A stretch of DNA of 64,000 bases, taken from Podarcis tiliguerta (Eukaryota). Location: assembly GCA_965153285.1 (NCBI GenBank), contig OZ229118.1; one strand, 5' to 3'. Shown here one piece after another: positions 13,401-26,600 of the stretch (position 1 is the stretch's first letter; each line of letters starts with the position of its first letter). The notes below the pieces were generated by a model that made no database searches, was not told the origin of the DNA, and saw only the letters and a list, made by a program, of their open reading frames with translations. The position numbers and the translations under genes are program-made.

Positions 13401-14441
13401 TAAATATAGACAATTACTTCAAGCCAAGGAGAGACTGGAGGAAAAGTCATACTCCTCAATCTCCAAATGCGGTAGAGCTGCTCAAGCAGAGTGTGGCAAA
13501 GAGAGGCAATAGATAACCAGTCATGTGAATGGAGAAAGAGAAATTCACGTTCTAGAATGATTGTTTCTCATGGGCCATTACTCTCCTCCCAAAAAAATAA
13601 AATAAATCTATTCTCATTTGCACTAGGAGTCTTGTTCCTAGGTGAAATTAAAATGTTAAATCTGACAAAGTGTATCCTTAGTTCGTATCTGCCACTCCTG
13701 GTACAGATTTAGTGCAGGAGTCATATGGAAAAAATGGGGTTGAAATCCACCCCACTGCATAATTTGCTCAGAGGTTGGCCTGCAATTTTGTCCTCATTTA
13801 TTGTTGCAGAAACTGTATTAAATAATGTCTCAAAAATTCAGCAACTTTCTATGAATAAAAAGCACATGGGACAAAAAAAATCCCAAATAAACCAACTGAA
13901 TTTGATGTGCTTCTTTTTAACCCCAGGGAATGTTAACTTGGGGGGGGGGGATCTCCTATGTGGTTCTTCAGTAATAAAGTGCTCTCCTTCAGGCAATGCT
14001 CATGGCTTTGTTTGGGACAAGTGGGGTCCAGATGCTATGCTAGCTTCCAAGCAGGCAAGTCACTGCTTACTGAGTTGGAAAGAGGGAGGTGGTGGGATGA
14101 GGTGATTTGCCCAAGTGATTTGCCCAAGAGCACCCAATGCTTTTCATAGCAGAGCAGACATCTACACCTTGGTTTTCTGCATCCAATCCCAAAATGCACA
14201 CCATTGCACCACTCTGCCTCTTCTAACAGTAGTGCTGAAGGGAGCATTTTGGCAGATTTAGCTAGTCATGTCACAGTAAATCACCTGCATAATTTCCCTC
14301 TTCCTGAGAATTATTCAAAACTATCAACATTGTACCTGATGTTGCTCAGGAATGCTAAGAAACTGTTTCTGAAAGTTCTTTTATTCTAAGCTGTCCACTT
14401 CATTGAAGGCTCCACTCCCAGGACATCTTTCGGGAAAATAT

Positions 14442-14597
14442 GGGGAAGGGCTGTAGGTCAGTGGTTGAACACCTGCTTTGCACACAGAAATCTCCAGGTA
14501 GTGCTGGGAAAAGACTCCTGGCCTGAGACCATGGACAGTCACTGCCAGTACAGAGCTAGGTGAACCCGTTGTCTGACTTGGTGTCATGTTCCAATGA
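14442..14597 (+). mobile_element. tRNA-derived SINE (Squam2-like), degraded
   Basis: gggctgtaggtcagtggttgaacacctgctttgcacacagaa head, similar to the 9252 copy. Confidence 0.6.
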
Positions 14598-15967
14598 GAT
14601 GTGAGCTCACACATTCCTTCCTCCTTCCTATTGCTGCTGAGAGACTTGAAGAATCAAACATGCAATTATTTGAACATGGGGGTCTCCCTAGCCTCAGGAA
14701 AATGATATCCGAAGAGGCTCCAAGAATGAGCATCTTTAGCTATTTGTCCTGTTTGGGGAATTCAAAATCTTGCTACTTTTCTTTCAGTGTTGTAAATTAG
14801 CGCACAGAAGTCTGTAGAATTTGGGGGAGGAAAGAGTTGCTATTAAGGCCGTCCAACAAAGGGTTGAATCAATGTTTGAAGGAGAGAGGTGAAAGCACAC
14901 TAGGAAACACGATCCCAAGAATAGTGGCCAATCGTGGCTCCTGGGTGACTGTTTCTCATTTTCTTGCATACCTGTCTATCTCCTTCAAATAATTGCAGAA
15001 AAGACACAATTTGCAGACCTGGTGGCAGAGAAAAGGTCTGTCGTTTCTGAAACATGTGAAGTGGCCCATGCTGCATATTTCCAGAACACAATGGACAGAA
15101 ACTTCTTTTCTTGAAATAAGTTGTCTAGATATACTTGGCCCATCATAAAAATTGTCCATTGTACTGTCTTCCACAATGTCATGTAATTGCTTGCTGTTAA
15201 GGGAACAACAAACCACTGCTGAATTAATGTGCCAGAGAACGCTTACTAAAATACAAATTCCCTTGTGTTTCCTAACACAAGGACCAATCCAGGGGTTTTC
15301 TTCACAACAATGTTTTCTTGGTTGCTCTGACAAAAGGAGGCAACTTGTATCAAACAGAGGTGAATTGTTTCATTAGCACCTGTTTGCGAATTCTAGGATT
15401 TTGGCAAGACAGTTGTTCCTTCGAAAAAGCAGGGAATGCAATATTGCAGGCAGCCTGCATAATAACATTTAACTGAGGTGCTAAAAATGAAGAGCATTAA
15501 AATATGTTTGTTTTTAAGGAGACAACAGAAAACAACCACATAAATTACTTTCAAATCTCAGCTGCGCGTTAATCTGAAATTGTCCCAAGGAACTGACTTG
15601 TCATGTTTATATTCTGCCTCTCTCTATATAGATTGGACCCAAGTGTGCTACCATCTCGTATAAAAATTCGTAACTTTAAACAAAGAACAGTAAAATTGTA
15701 CATGATATGAACTTGTACTAACACCCTTTGTTACTCAGAATAAAAGTTTTTGTAAACCTCCTAAAACTGCTCAAAGATCAAGGCTAGTGGGTGGAGCTGC
15801 CTCCTGAGGACGTTCCTCCCTCCTGAGGGAGGAGGCTCCACAGCAGAGGTGCTACTACAACAAAGACCCTGCTCTCTGCTAACATACAAGGTCTCACTAG
15901 ACTATCTGTGGGACAGGACACATTCTGGCTTTGCACATTCATGGCCCAAACTGTTAATGTTTTAAAG

Positions 15968-16568
15968 CAGGGATAGGTTTAGATGTGGCTCTTCAGGCCT
16001 CTCTCGTTGGCCCTTGAAACTTCCCCTCCACCAGCACTTCTCCATGCCCACCTCCTTGCATTTTTGCCTGGCTGGAATGTGTCCTTGAACTGTGACGTGC
16101 CTCTTGCTTGCCTGGATACAGAATGGCGAGCTGTTTGTGAAGAAGAAGAAGAGTTTGGATTTGATATCCCGCCTTTCACTCCCTTTAAGGAGTCTCAAAG
16201 CGGCTAACATTCTCCTTTCCCTTCCTCCCCCACAACAAACACTCTGTGAGGTGAGTGGGGCTGAGAGACTTCAGAGAAGTGTGACTAGCCCAAGGTCACC
16301 CAGCAGCTGCGTGTGGAGGAGCGGAGATGCGAACCCGGTTCCCCAGATTACGTGACTACCGCTCTTAACCACTACACCATACTGTGGTGTATATGTTGCC
16401 TCTAACTTTTGTATGGTGGGTATGTAATCTATTGTACAAAGCTAGGATTCAAATACATTGCTCTGTCCACTTTTACCTCTGGTCCCTATCCACCACTGGC
16501 ACGTGGCCCCTGAAAGCTTGGCTATAAGGCAACGTGGTCCTCAGGTAGAAAAAGGTTCCCCATCTTTG
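15968..16568. mobile_element. hAT (Charlie-like) non-autonomous element interrupted by a SINE
   Basis: Shares ttttgcctggctggaatgtgtccttga and cattgctctg.ccacttt with 62675-63038; ends aaaaaggttccccatc. Confidence 0.7.
16139..16384 (-). mobile_element. Squam3-like tRNA/CORE SINE
   Basis: (GAA)n tail, gtttggatttgatatcccgc...gcccaaggtcacccagc core, tRNA head on the minus strand (gtgtagtggttaagagcggt ... gggttcgcatctcc). Confidence 0.85.
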
Positions 16569-16893
16569 CTTTAAAATAAGCATCTTAAGGTGGGCCTGAA
16601 AATCATTTGTAACTAGTGAAGACCTTTCAAAACTAGAGTGATATGATCTGTGTGACCAGCCCCTGAACGTATTGAGCCAGTTGACATTTAAGGCTTAGCC
16701 CCATTTGGACAGCATTGCAGTAGAAACTGGCACCTGTGCAAACCTTATGGGTAAAGGGGGAGAACTGGGCTGAGAAGTGAATTGTTTTGAATTCAATCTT
16801 CTTAGCAACCACTTAAACTTAAGGGAGTGCCTGAGCACTGGGTTACATTCTGTCGTACACACAACAATTGGTTCCTAATTAATAACTGTTGTA

Positions 16894-17119
16894 CAGTGGT
16901 ACCTCGGGTTACATACGCTTCAGGTTACAGACTCCGCTAACCCAGAAATAGTGCTTCAGGTTAAGAACTTTGCTTCAGGATAAGAACAGAAATCGTGCTC
17001 CGGCGGAGCGGCGGTGGCAAGAGGTCCCATTAGCTAAAGTGGTGCTTCAGGTTAAGAACAGTTTCAGGTTAAGTACAGACCTCCGGAACGAATTAAGTAC
17101 TTAACCCGAGGTACCACTG
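16894..17119. mobile_element. Tigger-like Tc1/mariner MITE
   Basis: TIR CAGTGGTACCTCGGGTTA / TAACCCGAGGTACCACTG, TA TSD on both sides. Confidence 0.92.
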
Positions 17120-18374
17120 TACATAACTCTAATCTACTTATAATCCTTGTCACTTCTTTTCTCCCACTTTCCTCTTTTCCCTTCTTCACATTTTTCTTTT
17201 CTTTTGGCCAAAGTAATTGTCCTGTTAGCCATAGGTTTTGCAAAGTTCCATGTTACAGTTATAAAATGGGCAGCGGGGGGGGGGGGGGGGCTTCTTTTCT
17301 AATGGACAGTTCTCTCACTGCTTAAAGGATGCTTAAGAGATATGGAGGAAAAATATATGGATTTGGAACTATCACCTGCCTGTACCCCATTGCTAAAAAA
17401 ACCCAGTGTATACCATCTTGAGAATGACTGGACTAGAACACAAACAGGAATGGAAAACATTACTAGATACCGTAGCTGAACACTGCATTTAGCTCCTTGG
17501 AGAAAGGAATACAAATGCAGGAAATAAATAATGATGCTGGGTTCAAGGATCTACAGATCTGCTACCCTCTGCTGTCAAGGAACTCTGGCAGAACACAGCA
17601 GCGCCCAGATCTCCACCTGGTCTAGCTCCATTTGGGTACTAGAAGTGTCCACATACAGTCACTCCACTTTAGGTTTTTTTTTTAAATGTTTAATTTGCAA
17701 ATTTAACAAAAAGAAATAAAAGAAAAATATTTAAAAGGAAAAACAGAATATAATAAAAAAGGAAATAAGAATATTTCCCACTTCCATAGGGAAGTGATTA
17801 CAAAAAAAGAGAAAGAACCGAGGCAACAAAACTCCAGAAGTAAAATATCACCCTGAATATGCCCTTAGAGTGAACCCAGCAAGGCTTTTCCTGATGAAAC
17901 GCTGCTTGTAGACTTCACGGGCTCCATAACGACCCTCCCATACAATGAAACTTTCTAGTGAATCAGATGGATAGCAAATTTATAAAGGATGCAAGATGGG
18001 GCTGCCATGCCATGTTCAAAACGTATACTCACCACCTTCCCCCCTCCCCTGGTTTGGTGGTTTCTATTTTCTTTAGACAGAAATAAACTGGAACCCAAAA
18101 TAATAGGAAGCAGACAAAAACAATGGAGTGTAGGAATGTGCACACTGCAAAATGCCCAGGCCCCTGGAGACATTTTGAACAGCTCCAGACCATTCCACAA
18201 GGGGAAATGAAGCAAACAATAGGTGGTTCTCATATTGGACCCCCTCACAAGTGATTCTAAAAATCAGCATTTGAATTTCCTATATGGACCAGGGTGGTGA
18301 TGAAGCTTCCAGCATGAAAAACTTGTAAGGCTAAGCCTTCTCTTGACATGACATGTGAAAATTGTACGAGTAAA

Positions 18375-18413
18375 TCAAGACTGGCCTGTACGGGCAGGGG
18401 TACCTTTACCTTT
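18375..18413 (+). mobile_element. Extremely 5'-truncated Sauria SINE (or partner LINE) tail
   Basis: tcaagactggcctgtacgggcaggggtacctttaccttt matches the 3' end of the 28253 and 34347 copies; possible TSD taaat. Confidence 0.8.
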
Positions 18414-18740
18414 TAAATGTGTAGTGAAGCACCTTGAACCTTTTTAATATACATAGGATGATCTGGCAGAATTTCAAAATATGTTTTGCCCTTGACCAGC
18501 ATTTCAAGACACACACTGGGACGTAGGACAGTTTCATCCCATTTCTTTTCATTCTATCATTGGGGTTCCCTTTTTGTTTCTGGTTTGTTTCAATTAGTTT
18601 TATTTATTTGTTCACCTTTTCCCATACATGCCCTGCTCTTCAACCAGGCTAATGATCGGAAATCATTTAAATCACTTTAAAATGCAGCAGAACATTCACA
18701 ACAGTGGCAACTGTTAAAACCACTCAAAACCTATGACACT

Positions 18741-18880
18741 AGGGCTGTGTACACACTTATACATTTAAAACACTCCTCCTCCTGCAAGAATCCTGGAAAT
18801 CATAGCTTGTAAATGGTGCTGGGAACTGTAGCTCTGTGTGGGGTAAACTACAATCCCATTATGTATGGTGTGTGTACAGC
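18741..18880. mobile_element. MITE with ggctgtgtacacac-type TIRs
   Basis: Inverted ends; related copy in the opposite orientation at about 34090-34246. Confidence 0.55.
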
Positions 18881-18899
18881 CGCCAATAAAAGGGATATA

Positions 18900-19190
18900 T
18901 CTGAACTTATAAAAGGCTTTGGCACCTGGTACCAAAAAGATTACAAAGTTGGCACCAGGCGAGCTTCTCTTGGGAGGGCCTTCCAAACAAGAGAGTGTAA
19001 TCAAAAGAGGCCTATCTAAGGCCACCCCTTGCTTTACTAGGGTGCAGGGACTTGAAGTGGGGCCTCTGAAGATCGTCTCAGAGTCTAAACAGATTCATAT
19101 GGTAACAAACAATCTTTGCTATGCATGAGTTTTGGGTTATGTACCAGCTCTAAAAGTTAAGACAAGGACTCTGAACTGTGCCCACCCAGA
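18900..19190 (-). mobile_element. L2-clade LINE 3' fragment
   Basis: Reverse complement resembles the L2 ORF2 C-terminal region also seen at 53955-54300. Confidence 0.5.
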
Positions 19191-19450
19191 AATGGGCTAA
19201 AAAGCTGTTTCAAGACTAGCAGAGACAGAAATATGTTTGAATTCACCTTAGGAAAGAGATGAATGGAGGACTCTATACTTGATTTCCTTGCCCCTCTCAA
19301 AACTACAAAATGTTTTCTCTGTACAAAACAAACACAAAGTTCACTTTAATGACAGGTTACTGAAAATGCAATTATTAATAGTTAAAGGGATTGCTTCTGC
19401 TTTCTTTATTCAAGAATGACACTCATATGTAAAACATCAGTAATCGTATA

Positions 19451-19453
<3 letters not shown>

Positions 19454-19503
<50 letters not shown>
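19454..19503. repeat. (AC)25 microsatellite
   Basis: Direct tandem repeat. Confidence 0.95.
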
Positions 19504-19506
<3 letters not shown>

Positions 19507-20369
19507 TGCTCTTCTACTTTCTATATTGCAGAAGTATAGAAAGCAGACAGTAGTGACAGAGTAGAAGTCAAACAAGATATGACAGGACCATCATTCATGT
19601 ATCTGCCCCATCTACATGTAAAATGGGACTGGGCTCAATACCAGTCCATGTGAGGCAGAAATAGAGAAATGTACTAGGAGCAACGGACTGAGGGGAGGGG
19701 AAGGAAGAAGATCCGGTGGCTTCTCCTATGTGTTTCTATTGCTATGAAATGAAGATCTCCACCACCTCTTTAGATGCCGGACTTCTGAAAAGAAGCATGT
19801 GATTGTCCTGGTCCCTCTAGTTTTCCCCTCAAAGGAATCCCTAGGTAAGTCCCTCCCAGTAACAATCAAAGTGCCCAGAATGTGATTTGTTGCACATGAG
19901 ATAAAGCCAGATGTTTGGTCTCAGAGAAAGAAAAGGGAGAAATAGGATACCTTTAACTCACTCAATTCATGTTAGCGGAAGTGTATTGAGTATTTGATTT
20001 TTAATACAACATTCACTGGGCAGAAAGGGGGGGGAATACCTATCTCTAAGATAAAAATTATTTATTGATACAAAGATTGGGTGCCATCACAACGATCTAC
20101 CAATAAACTGTAAAATGTGACAGGTTTCAAGCGCAAAGTTGTGAAGAACCTCTGGGTTGTATCCTGCTTTATGCCCAGGATTCTGCCCAGGACTTACCCC
20201 AGTATCTGAACTTCACTCCTCCCTCAGAAAACTGTATCTGTATGAACCTATCTCCTAATAAATCTCTCCAGAGGATTCAGGGGATTGCCATGCCCCTTGG
20301 ACCTTATCATCATTTTGCGCAAACACATAACAGGGCAAGTAAGCTTTGAGGGACGTTTATCTGCCATTA

Positions 20370-20619
20370 CATTCGTACATTGGTTTTCAAACAGCTTAGT
20401 TCTCAAACGTTTTGACTCCCGAACGCAGCAAACCCAAAAGTGACTGTTGCGGTTTGCAAACTATTTTTTGAAGCCGAACATCAAATGGGGCTTCCACGGC
20501 TTCCAATTGGCTGCAGGAGCTTCTTGCAGCCAATTAGAAGCTGCGCTTTGGTTTCTGAACATTTTTAAAGCTGAAAGGACTTCCAGAATGGATTCCATTC
20601 GACTTCCAAGGTACGACTG
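20370..20619. mobile_element. Tigger-like MITE (second family, TIR CAGTCGTACCTTGG)
   Basis: Degenerate left TIR cattcgtacattgg, right TIR ccaaggtacgactg, TA flanks. Confidence 0.75.
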
Positions 20620-21378
20620 TACTATACTTGCTCTCCTAATTTCTTTCTGAGGGACCCCAAGTTGGCGTTAATTTCTTGTAAGCAAGTCACATCATAGCGC
20701 TGGAATCTCATACAGTCCTATTTACCAGGGATAGCCTCAGTTTTCTGGCCTATGGCCCTAGTAAATGACTCATTTTTTTTAATCCTTTGTGAAGCCTTTA
20801 AAACATTTTTCTTTTTACATGTGATGTCCATTGGCCATGATGGCTGAGGCTGATGGGAGTTGTAGGCCAAAATATCTGAAGAGCACCTGCCAGGGGATGG
20901 CTGAGGTGCAGCTCTTAGCACCAGAGCTTTGGGAATTATATCTTTAAAGTTGGAGAGTTTATGTATTTGCTCTGCGTGTAAATGTGCATGCATTGACATT
21001 AAAGTGCAATGTAGTGTGCAGCCAGCCATTCCTCACACCGGTGACTAAAGACCATTGTGTGTCTCTAGCATATTTAGAATTTAAAAAAGCAACCCAAACC
21101 TTCATCTTTAAAACAATTCAGGCCAGGATAATGCAGAGTAAATGGTTATAGGAGGCAGAGTAGAGCCCCCAGCAATGCACAGTGTGCATGTGACCTTGGG
21201 CAATGACACTAGGCACGAGAACAGCACTGTTACAGGCATGTTCATATTTTGATCTGTGAGATCCTGAACAATGCGTCGTAAACAGTAACAAAAATGTTCC
21301 TCTTGCAACATGCCAAAGAATAACTTCTCTTAATCTTAGGACAATTAAGAGACACTGCTATCCCCACCTGAAACTTAA

Positions 21379-21380
<2 letters not shown>

Positions 21381-21413
<33 letters not shown>
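21381..21413. repeat. (AC)n microsatellite
   Basis: Direct tandem repeat. Confidence 0.95.
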
Positions 21414-21416
<3 letters not shown>

Positions 21417-21781
21417 TCACAGAAAGGCCTAAGGATATATTGGTACAACAGGTGGCATTTGAGTTTGGATAATGAAGCAATCTTCACGCTCTAGCTTCTG
21501 GAGAGAGCTGGGCCCTCAGCCACAAGTCTGCTCTGTATTGATAGAAGGCATTTTCCCGGTGAAAATCTTCAGAGCTGTCACAGTTTTGCCCCCTGTATTG
21601 TTTGGTGACATTGAGAAGTCCCTCTTCTGGCTTATACACAGATATTTCAGGAATTAAGGACTTGGAAGTGAGGAGGAAGAACTAAAGAACCAAACAGAGA
21701 GGAAGAAAGACTGCTCTGGCCAGGAGAATCCCACCACTTATGTCAAATCACTAGAAATAGGCAATATGTGTAGAGACATAT

Positions 21782-22075
21782 ACATAAGAATACATAAGAA
21801 TAAAATCCTGCTGGATCAGGCCAATGGCCCATCAAGTCTAGCATCCTGTTGTCATAGTGGCCAGCCAGATTCTTGTGGCATTCTCCCTTCCTGTGGTTTC
21901 CAGCAACTGGCATTAAAAAGCACTGCTGTCTCTGATCATAGAGGAAGACTAGCCATCACGACTAGTAGCCATCAATAGCTCTCACCTCCATGAATTTGCC
22001 TAACCCTCTTTGAAAGCCATCTAGGTTGGTGGCCATCACTGCCTTGCTGTGGGAGCAAGTTTTGTATTTTAACTA
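21782..22075 (-). mobile_element. CR1 LINE 3' end
   Basis: acataagaat tandem tail and the ctgctggatcaggccaatggcccatc 3'UTR motif, continuing into degraded ORF2. Confidence 0.8.
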
Positions 22076-22622
22076 TTAACACTCCCTCTAGTTTCTCTGA
22101 TTTCCAATTGTTCTAAGCTACAATGCTCTCAAAACTATAAGCATCGGACTCGATATATATGAACCATCCCACAAATAGGTTTATCCTGGATCATACCTAT
22201 TTGTCTGCATGTTGTTCGACAGAGTTCCAGTTCAAGTGTAAATACTAATTTGGCAGCAGAACAGGAATATAGCTGTTTTATTTTTCAGTTTCAAAATATT
22301 TGTCCAGACATCGTAACAGTCATTTATGATTTTACTCTCATATTAAGCAAGCACCAAGTGCTACTTGAAACTGCAAATTATCTTATAAAGGGTAGGTGTT
22401 GTCTTTTTCATGCTTTGAATGACTCCACCGGGTAAATGCTGGCTAGTGCTCTCCTATCATCAGTAGCCTTGCAGCGGAGAGGGGACAGAGAAAAGAGGGG
22501 AAAACATAACAGCAGCCACTTCATGTGAGAGTTAAGCCCTTGGCTGTGAAACAGAGAGAAGGGAGAGGCAAAGAGAGGGGGCTGGGAGGAATAGCTTCAA
22601 GCAGTCGGCAGGTCACACACAC

Positions 22623-22770
22623 NNNNNNNNNNNNNNNNNNNNNNNNNNNNNNNNNNNNNNNNNNNNNNNNNNNNNNNNNNNNNNNNNNNNNNNNNNNNNN
22701 NNNNNNNNNNNNNNNNNNNNNNNNNNNNNNNNNNNNNNNNNNNNNNNNNNNNNNNNNNNNNNNNNNNNNN
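22623..22770. other. Assembly gap (148 N)
   Basis: Run of N beginning inside an (AC)n tract. Confidence 1.
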
Positions 22771-24737
22771 AGTGGGGAGCCAGAAGAGCATAGGGTAGCA
22801 GGGGAACTGGGGGGGAAGAGAAAGGGAAGGGGAAAAGCAAAGAGAGGGGCTCCAAGAAAACATCTGATGCTTCTCCTACCAGTTCAGTGCCAAAGAATCA
22901 GCAGCTGGTAAAAGAAAGAGAGCCACCTCTATGCAGAAAAGCCCTGACAAAGGACTGCCATTTTGAAGCAGGTCTCCAGTGTCAGCTTTAGCCTGAGACT
23001 TTTTGTTCTGTGCATCTTGAAATAGACACCAGCAGAACCTATGCCAAACATGCATTGATCTGCCGTAAGAGTCCTGCTGCTGTTTTCGTTTTGGCTTTAA
23101 CCCCGCTCATTTTCAGTTGATTTAAGAGCAGTTAGCTTGCCTCCATGGACCTCTTTAGTGGGAGGAAAACACAGATAAGGAAGTTCACATGCACAGATTT
23201 TCCTCTCCCAAATTCTATTTTGTATTCCTTGTTTGAATCACAATTTACAGAGTTGGGTGCTCAATAATTCATACGAACCAGGAGTATACCTACTCTGCAT
23301 ATTTTTGCCCAGCCTGATTCACAACATCTGATCAGTGCACACAAGTCTTGGGGTTACTCTGTTAACTTACCCACTGATACCCAGCACTATTTACAAAAGA
23401 CATGGGGAACACTGGGGGAGGATGTGTGCCACAATACAGAGCGTTTTCCAAAGCCCTGTGAAACACGATGCCTCATTTCTTTGTTGGTATGCTTTCCTGC
23501 ATTTCCAATACAGCAGAAAAGTGCTGAAGCAGCACTCTGGTGAGATGATGTTTATTTTTGAACCACTTAAAATGTACTAAGTGCTGCATGGTGGTCAAAA
23601 ATAACTATCCCTTTCAAAGGGCTCAAAAGTCGAAGATCAGAAAGGAAAGAGGAAAAGGGAAATCTGAATAATATGGAGCCATCTTCCCACTCTCCAGATG
23701 GACTACAATGCCCATCATCCAAGATGACACAGCCAATCATCAGGGATAAAGGGAGCTGCAGTCCAGCAGCATCTGCAGGGCAATAGGTTGAGGAAGGCTG
23801 GGCTGGGCGATACTGGTTTGGTAAGACGCTTCCTAGGAGCACTATAGAACAACAAAACAAAAAGCTCTTGATTTGGGGATTTTTGACAACAATAACACAA
23901 TGCAATTGTCGTCAGGTCTCTTAAGCAATGTCTGCAATAAAGGACATGTGCAGACATTGTTTTCTGTTCTACTTCTGTGGCCACACTGTGTGGCAAGCAA
24001 CTAATCAGTGCACTATGGGAAATCTTTCTTAGTTCTCCCCTGAATTATGGTCTTCAAGACGCTGAGATGCTTGAGAACCCAAAATTATATTATGTGTTTT
24101 CATGTTGCTTTGTTGCTGGTAAAACAGAATATACCAGCAATGAGCTCAATAGCTACTTAGGATTTGAATCTTTGGATGGTTCCACACTAGATGTTCAGTG
24201 TGGAATTGCCATGCTTTGCTCACTCACTTTTAGCGAGGCATCCACATGACACCATCATCCAGTTGCCACTGCGCATTTTCCATGTGGTTCCTTGCCTTTT
24301 CTCAGATTGCTGTAAATCCAACCCTTTTGAAAAACGAGCACAATCTCCACTGATGTAGATGCTTTTAGCATTACCCCTCCACCTATTTAAAAGCAGGGGG
24401 TGGAGGCGATTGGGCATGGGCAGTGATGCTGCCAGTGATGGGCAGCACACATTTGCTTAACTTTGGCAGTGAGTGCTAGTTCATTACACAATTTATTTTT
24501 TAATTGACTCTTTAATCAGTAGTATTTTTGTAATATAGGTATACTACCATAATGTTAATTATTATTATTTTAAATCCTTTTCAGTCACTACCATTAGCCA
24601 TGCTGTCTAAACTACAGTGGTTTTTAAAGATTTTTTTAATTAAAACAAAAAAGCATTCGAGTAGTTGCTGTTCTATTCTTTAAGAAGAAAAAAGTCAAAT
24701 TTTGTGAACTCCCAAGAACAACAATTTGGTACCATCA

Positions 24738-24933
24738 CAGGAAGTTGCCTTATACTTGTCTATCTTGCTCAGTATTCTCTGACTGACTGGCAGCAGGCCT
24801 CCCAGGGCTTCAAGGAGGAAGTCTTTCCCATCAGATAGCACTATCAGATCCTTTTAAATGGAAGACACTGGTGCCTGAAGCTGGGGCTTTCTACAGGCAA
24901 AACATGTGCTCTATCACTACACTACAGACCCTC
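24738..24933 (-). mobile_element. tRNA-derived SINE (Squam2-like), degraded
   Basis: caggaagttgccttatac tail and aacatgtgctctatcactacactacagaccc head; reverse complement of the 9252 family. Confidence 0.6.
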
Positions 24934-25939
24934 ATTTTGATGGCCCCATAAAAAGTAAGCAAATTTTTAAAAGTGACAATTTCAGAGCACACACCATCGT
25001 GGACATTACAGCTTAAAGGCTATTATGTAACCACAGGTCTTAATTGCTAGGAGGGGTGGGGAAAATGCCAGAAGATTTGCTGTCAGCTACTGGCACACAT
25101 ATTTCATAACAGCAGCATTGGCAAAGGTTTGCATAGCCTCTGTGTCCTCAAATGCCACCCAAAACAGCCTTAGTGGCTTCTTGGAAGCAGGGAGCTTGCC
25201 AACAAGTCTTACAGCATTCTTGAAAACAAGACTCGAGGGTACACGGCTGTGCTCTGCTGGTTGCATATGCTAGCTACAAGCTGAAACCATAACTAGCAAC
25301 ATGCTTTTTCGGGGGGAGGAAGGGGGACAGAAAGGGGTGAAGAGGAATTTTGGAGCCAGTTGCAGCAAAGTCACTGGGCAAGGCAGTACTGCTAACACTA
25401 CCAAACGGTGCTCCAGCCCAAGCAAGTATCCTATTTCCTTACAATTACAGTTCCTGATAATAATAAAAAGTCAGAACCTCAGCACACAGAGTGCAATTCA
25501 GTGGAACATCAGTACCACAAAAGCTCCAAAGTCTCACTAGTCAGCTGACCCTTGCAGCCTTGCTCACTCCATGATTTGCTGCTACCAACAATTTAAGTAA
25601 ATGGGTCGATGAGAAGCACATAAATGATGACTGGGAGATTTCAAAGTGGATAATATCAAATATCTGATGGAGCAATTGGGTGAACTCTTAACACAGCTCA
25701 TAGTCCTATTAACAGTCCTCTAAGCCCAATATTTTACTTGCAATCTTTACATTGCACAGACCACTGTTAAAGCAAGCAGCTTTCAGTTCTTCCATCCCCA
25801 CCTCTTAAAGAGGTCTGATGTCATCCACTTGCCTGATAACACCATTTTCTCATCATCCTTTTTGACTCTAGGAGTGCTTCCAGACAGTAGCTTAATACTC
25901 CAAAGGCGTGTTGAGATATCAAAATATCAATAAAACTTA

Positions 25940-26600
25940 ACAAAATGAATTTCAACTGGGACAAATGTTGGGTGCTATACATAGGCAGGAAGAACCAGCT
26001 GCAGAAATATAAGATGGGGGACATCTAGCTTGCTAGTAGTACATGTGAAAAGAATCTAGGGGCAGTGGTGGAGAAACAGGGGTGTGGGGGGAGCGCACCG
26101 CCCCCGGAGGCACGATCCCAGTGGGGTGCCATCATGGTTGCCCCCCCTGCGCTGGGTGCAACACTCCCGCAGGTGGCGCGCCACGCCCCCCAGGACGCGC
26201 GCCAGCCCTGCCCCACCTGCTCTCTGCCCCACTGCCGGAGCTTGAAGCTCCGCCACTGTCTAGAGGGCTTAGTAAACCACAAGCTTAACATGAGTCAACA
26301 GTGTGATGCAGCAGCAGCAAAGGGCTAATGCTATTCTACGCTGCATCAACAGAAGTCTTGTGTCCTGATCAAGGGAAGTAAAAGCCCCGCTTTGTTCTGT
26401 CTTGGCCAGGCCACACCTAGAGCACTGTGTCACTACAATTTTAAAAGGCTATTGACAAGCTGGAGACAACCAATATGATCAAGGGTCTGGAAACCAAGCC
26501 ATGGGAGAAACGGCTGAGGGAATTGGGAATGTTTAGCCTGGCAAAGAGGAGACTGAGATGTCCATTTTCAAATACCTAAAGGGCTGTCCCATGGAGGATG
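25940..26600 (+). mobile_element. CR1 LINE ORF2 fragment interrupted by a MITE
   Basis: Translates to CR1 motifs YKMGD..LASSTCEK(N)LG / LVNHKLNMSQQCDAAA..ANAIL.CINRS...RPHLEHC...ELGMFSLAKRRLR, with frameshifts. Confidence 0.9.
26063..26258. mobile_element. GC-rich hAT MITE
   Basis: TIR CAGTGGTGGAG / CTCCGCCACTG and an 8-bp TSD tctagggg/tctagagg. Confidence 0.8.

Noticed and set aside
14956-15333. 125-aa minus-strand ORF with a possible downstream mini-exon
   Set aside because: No recognisable protein family and weak splice signals; more likely non-coding.
21242-21368. Peptide ending KRNIFVTVYDAL, vaguely like the SLC26 STAS C-terminus
   Set aside because: Similarity is too short, the acceptor follows a GT microsatellite, and no other SLC26 exons are present.
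22525-22911. ORFs spanning N runs (also 27458-27922)
   Set aside because: Artefacts of assembly gaps.
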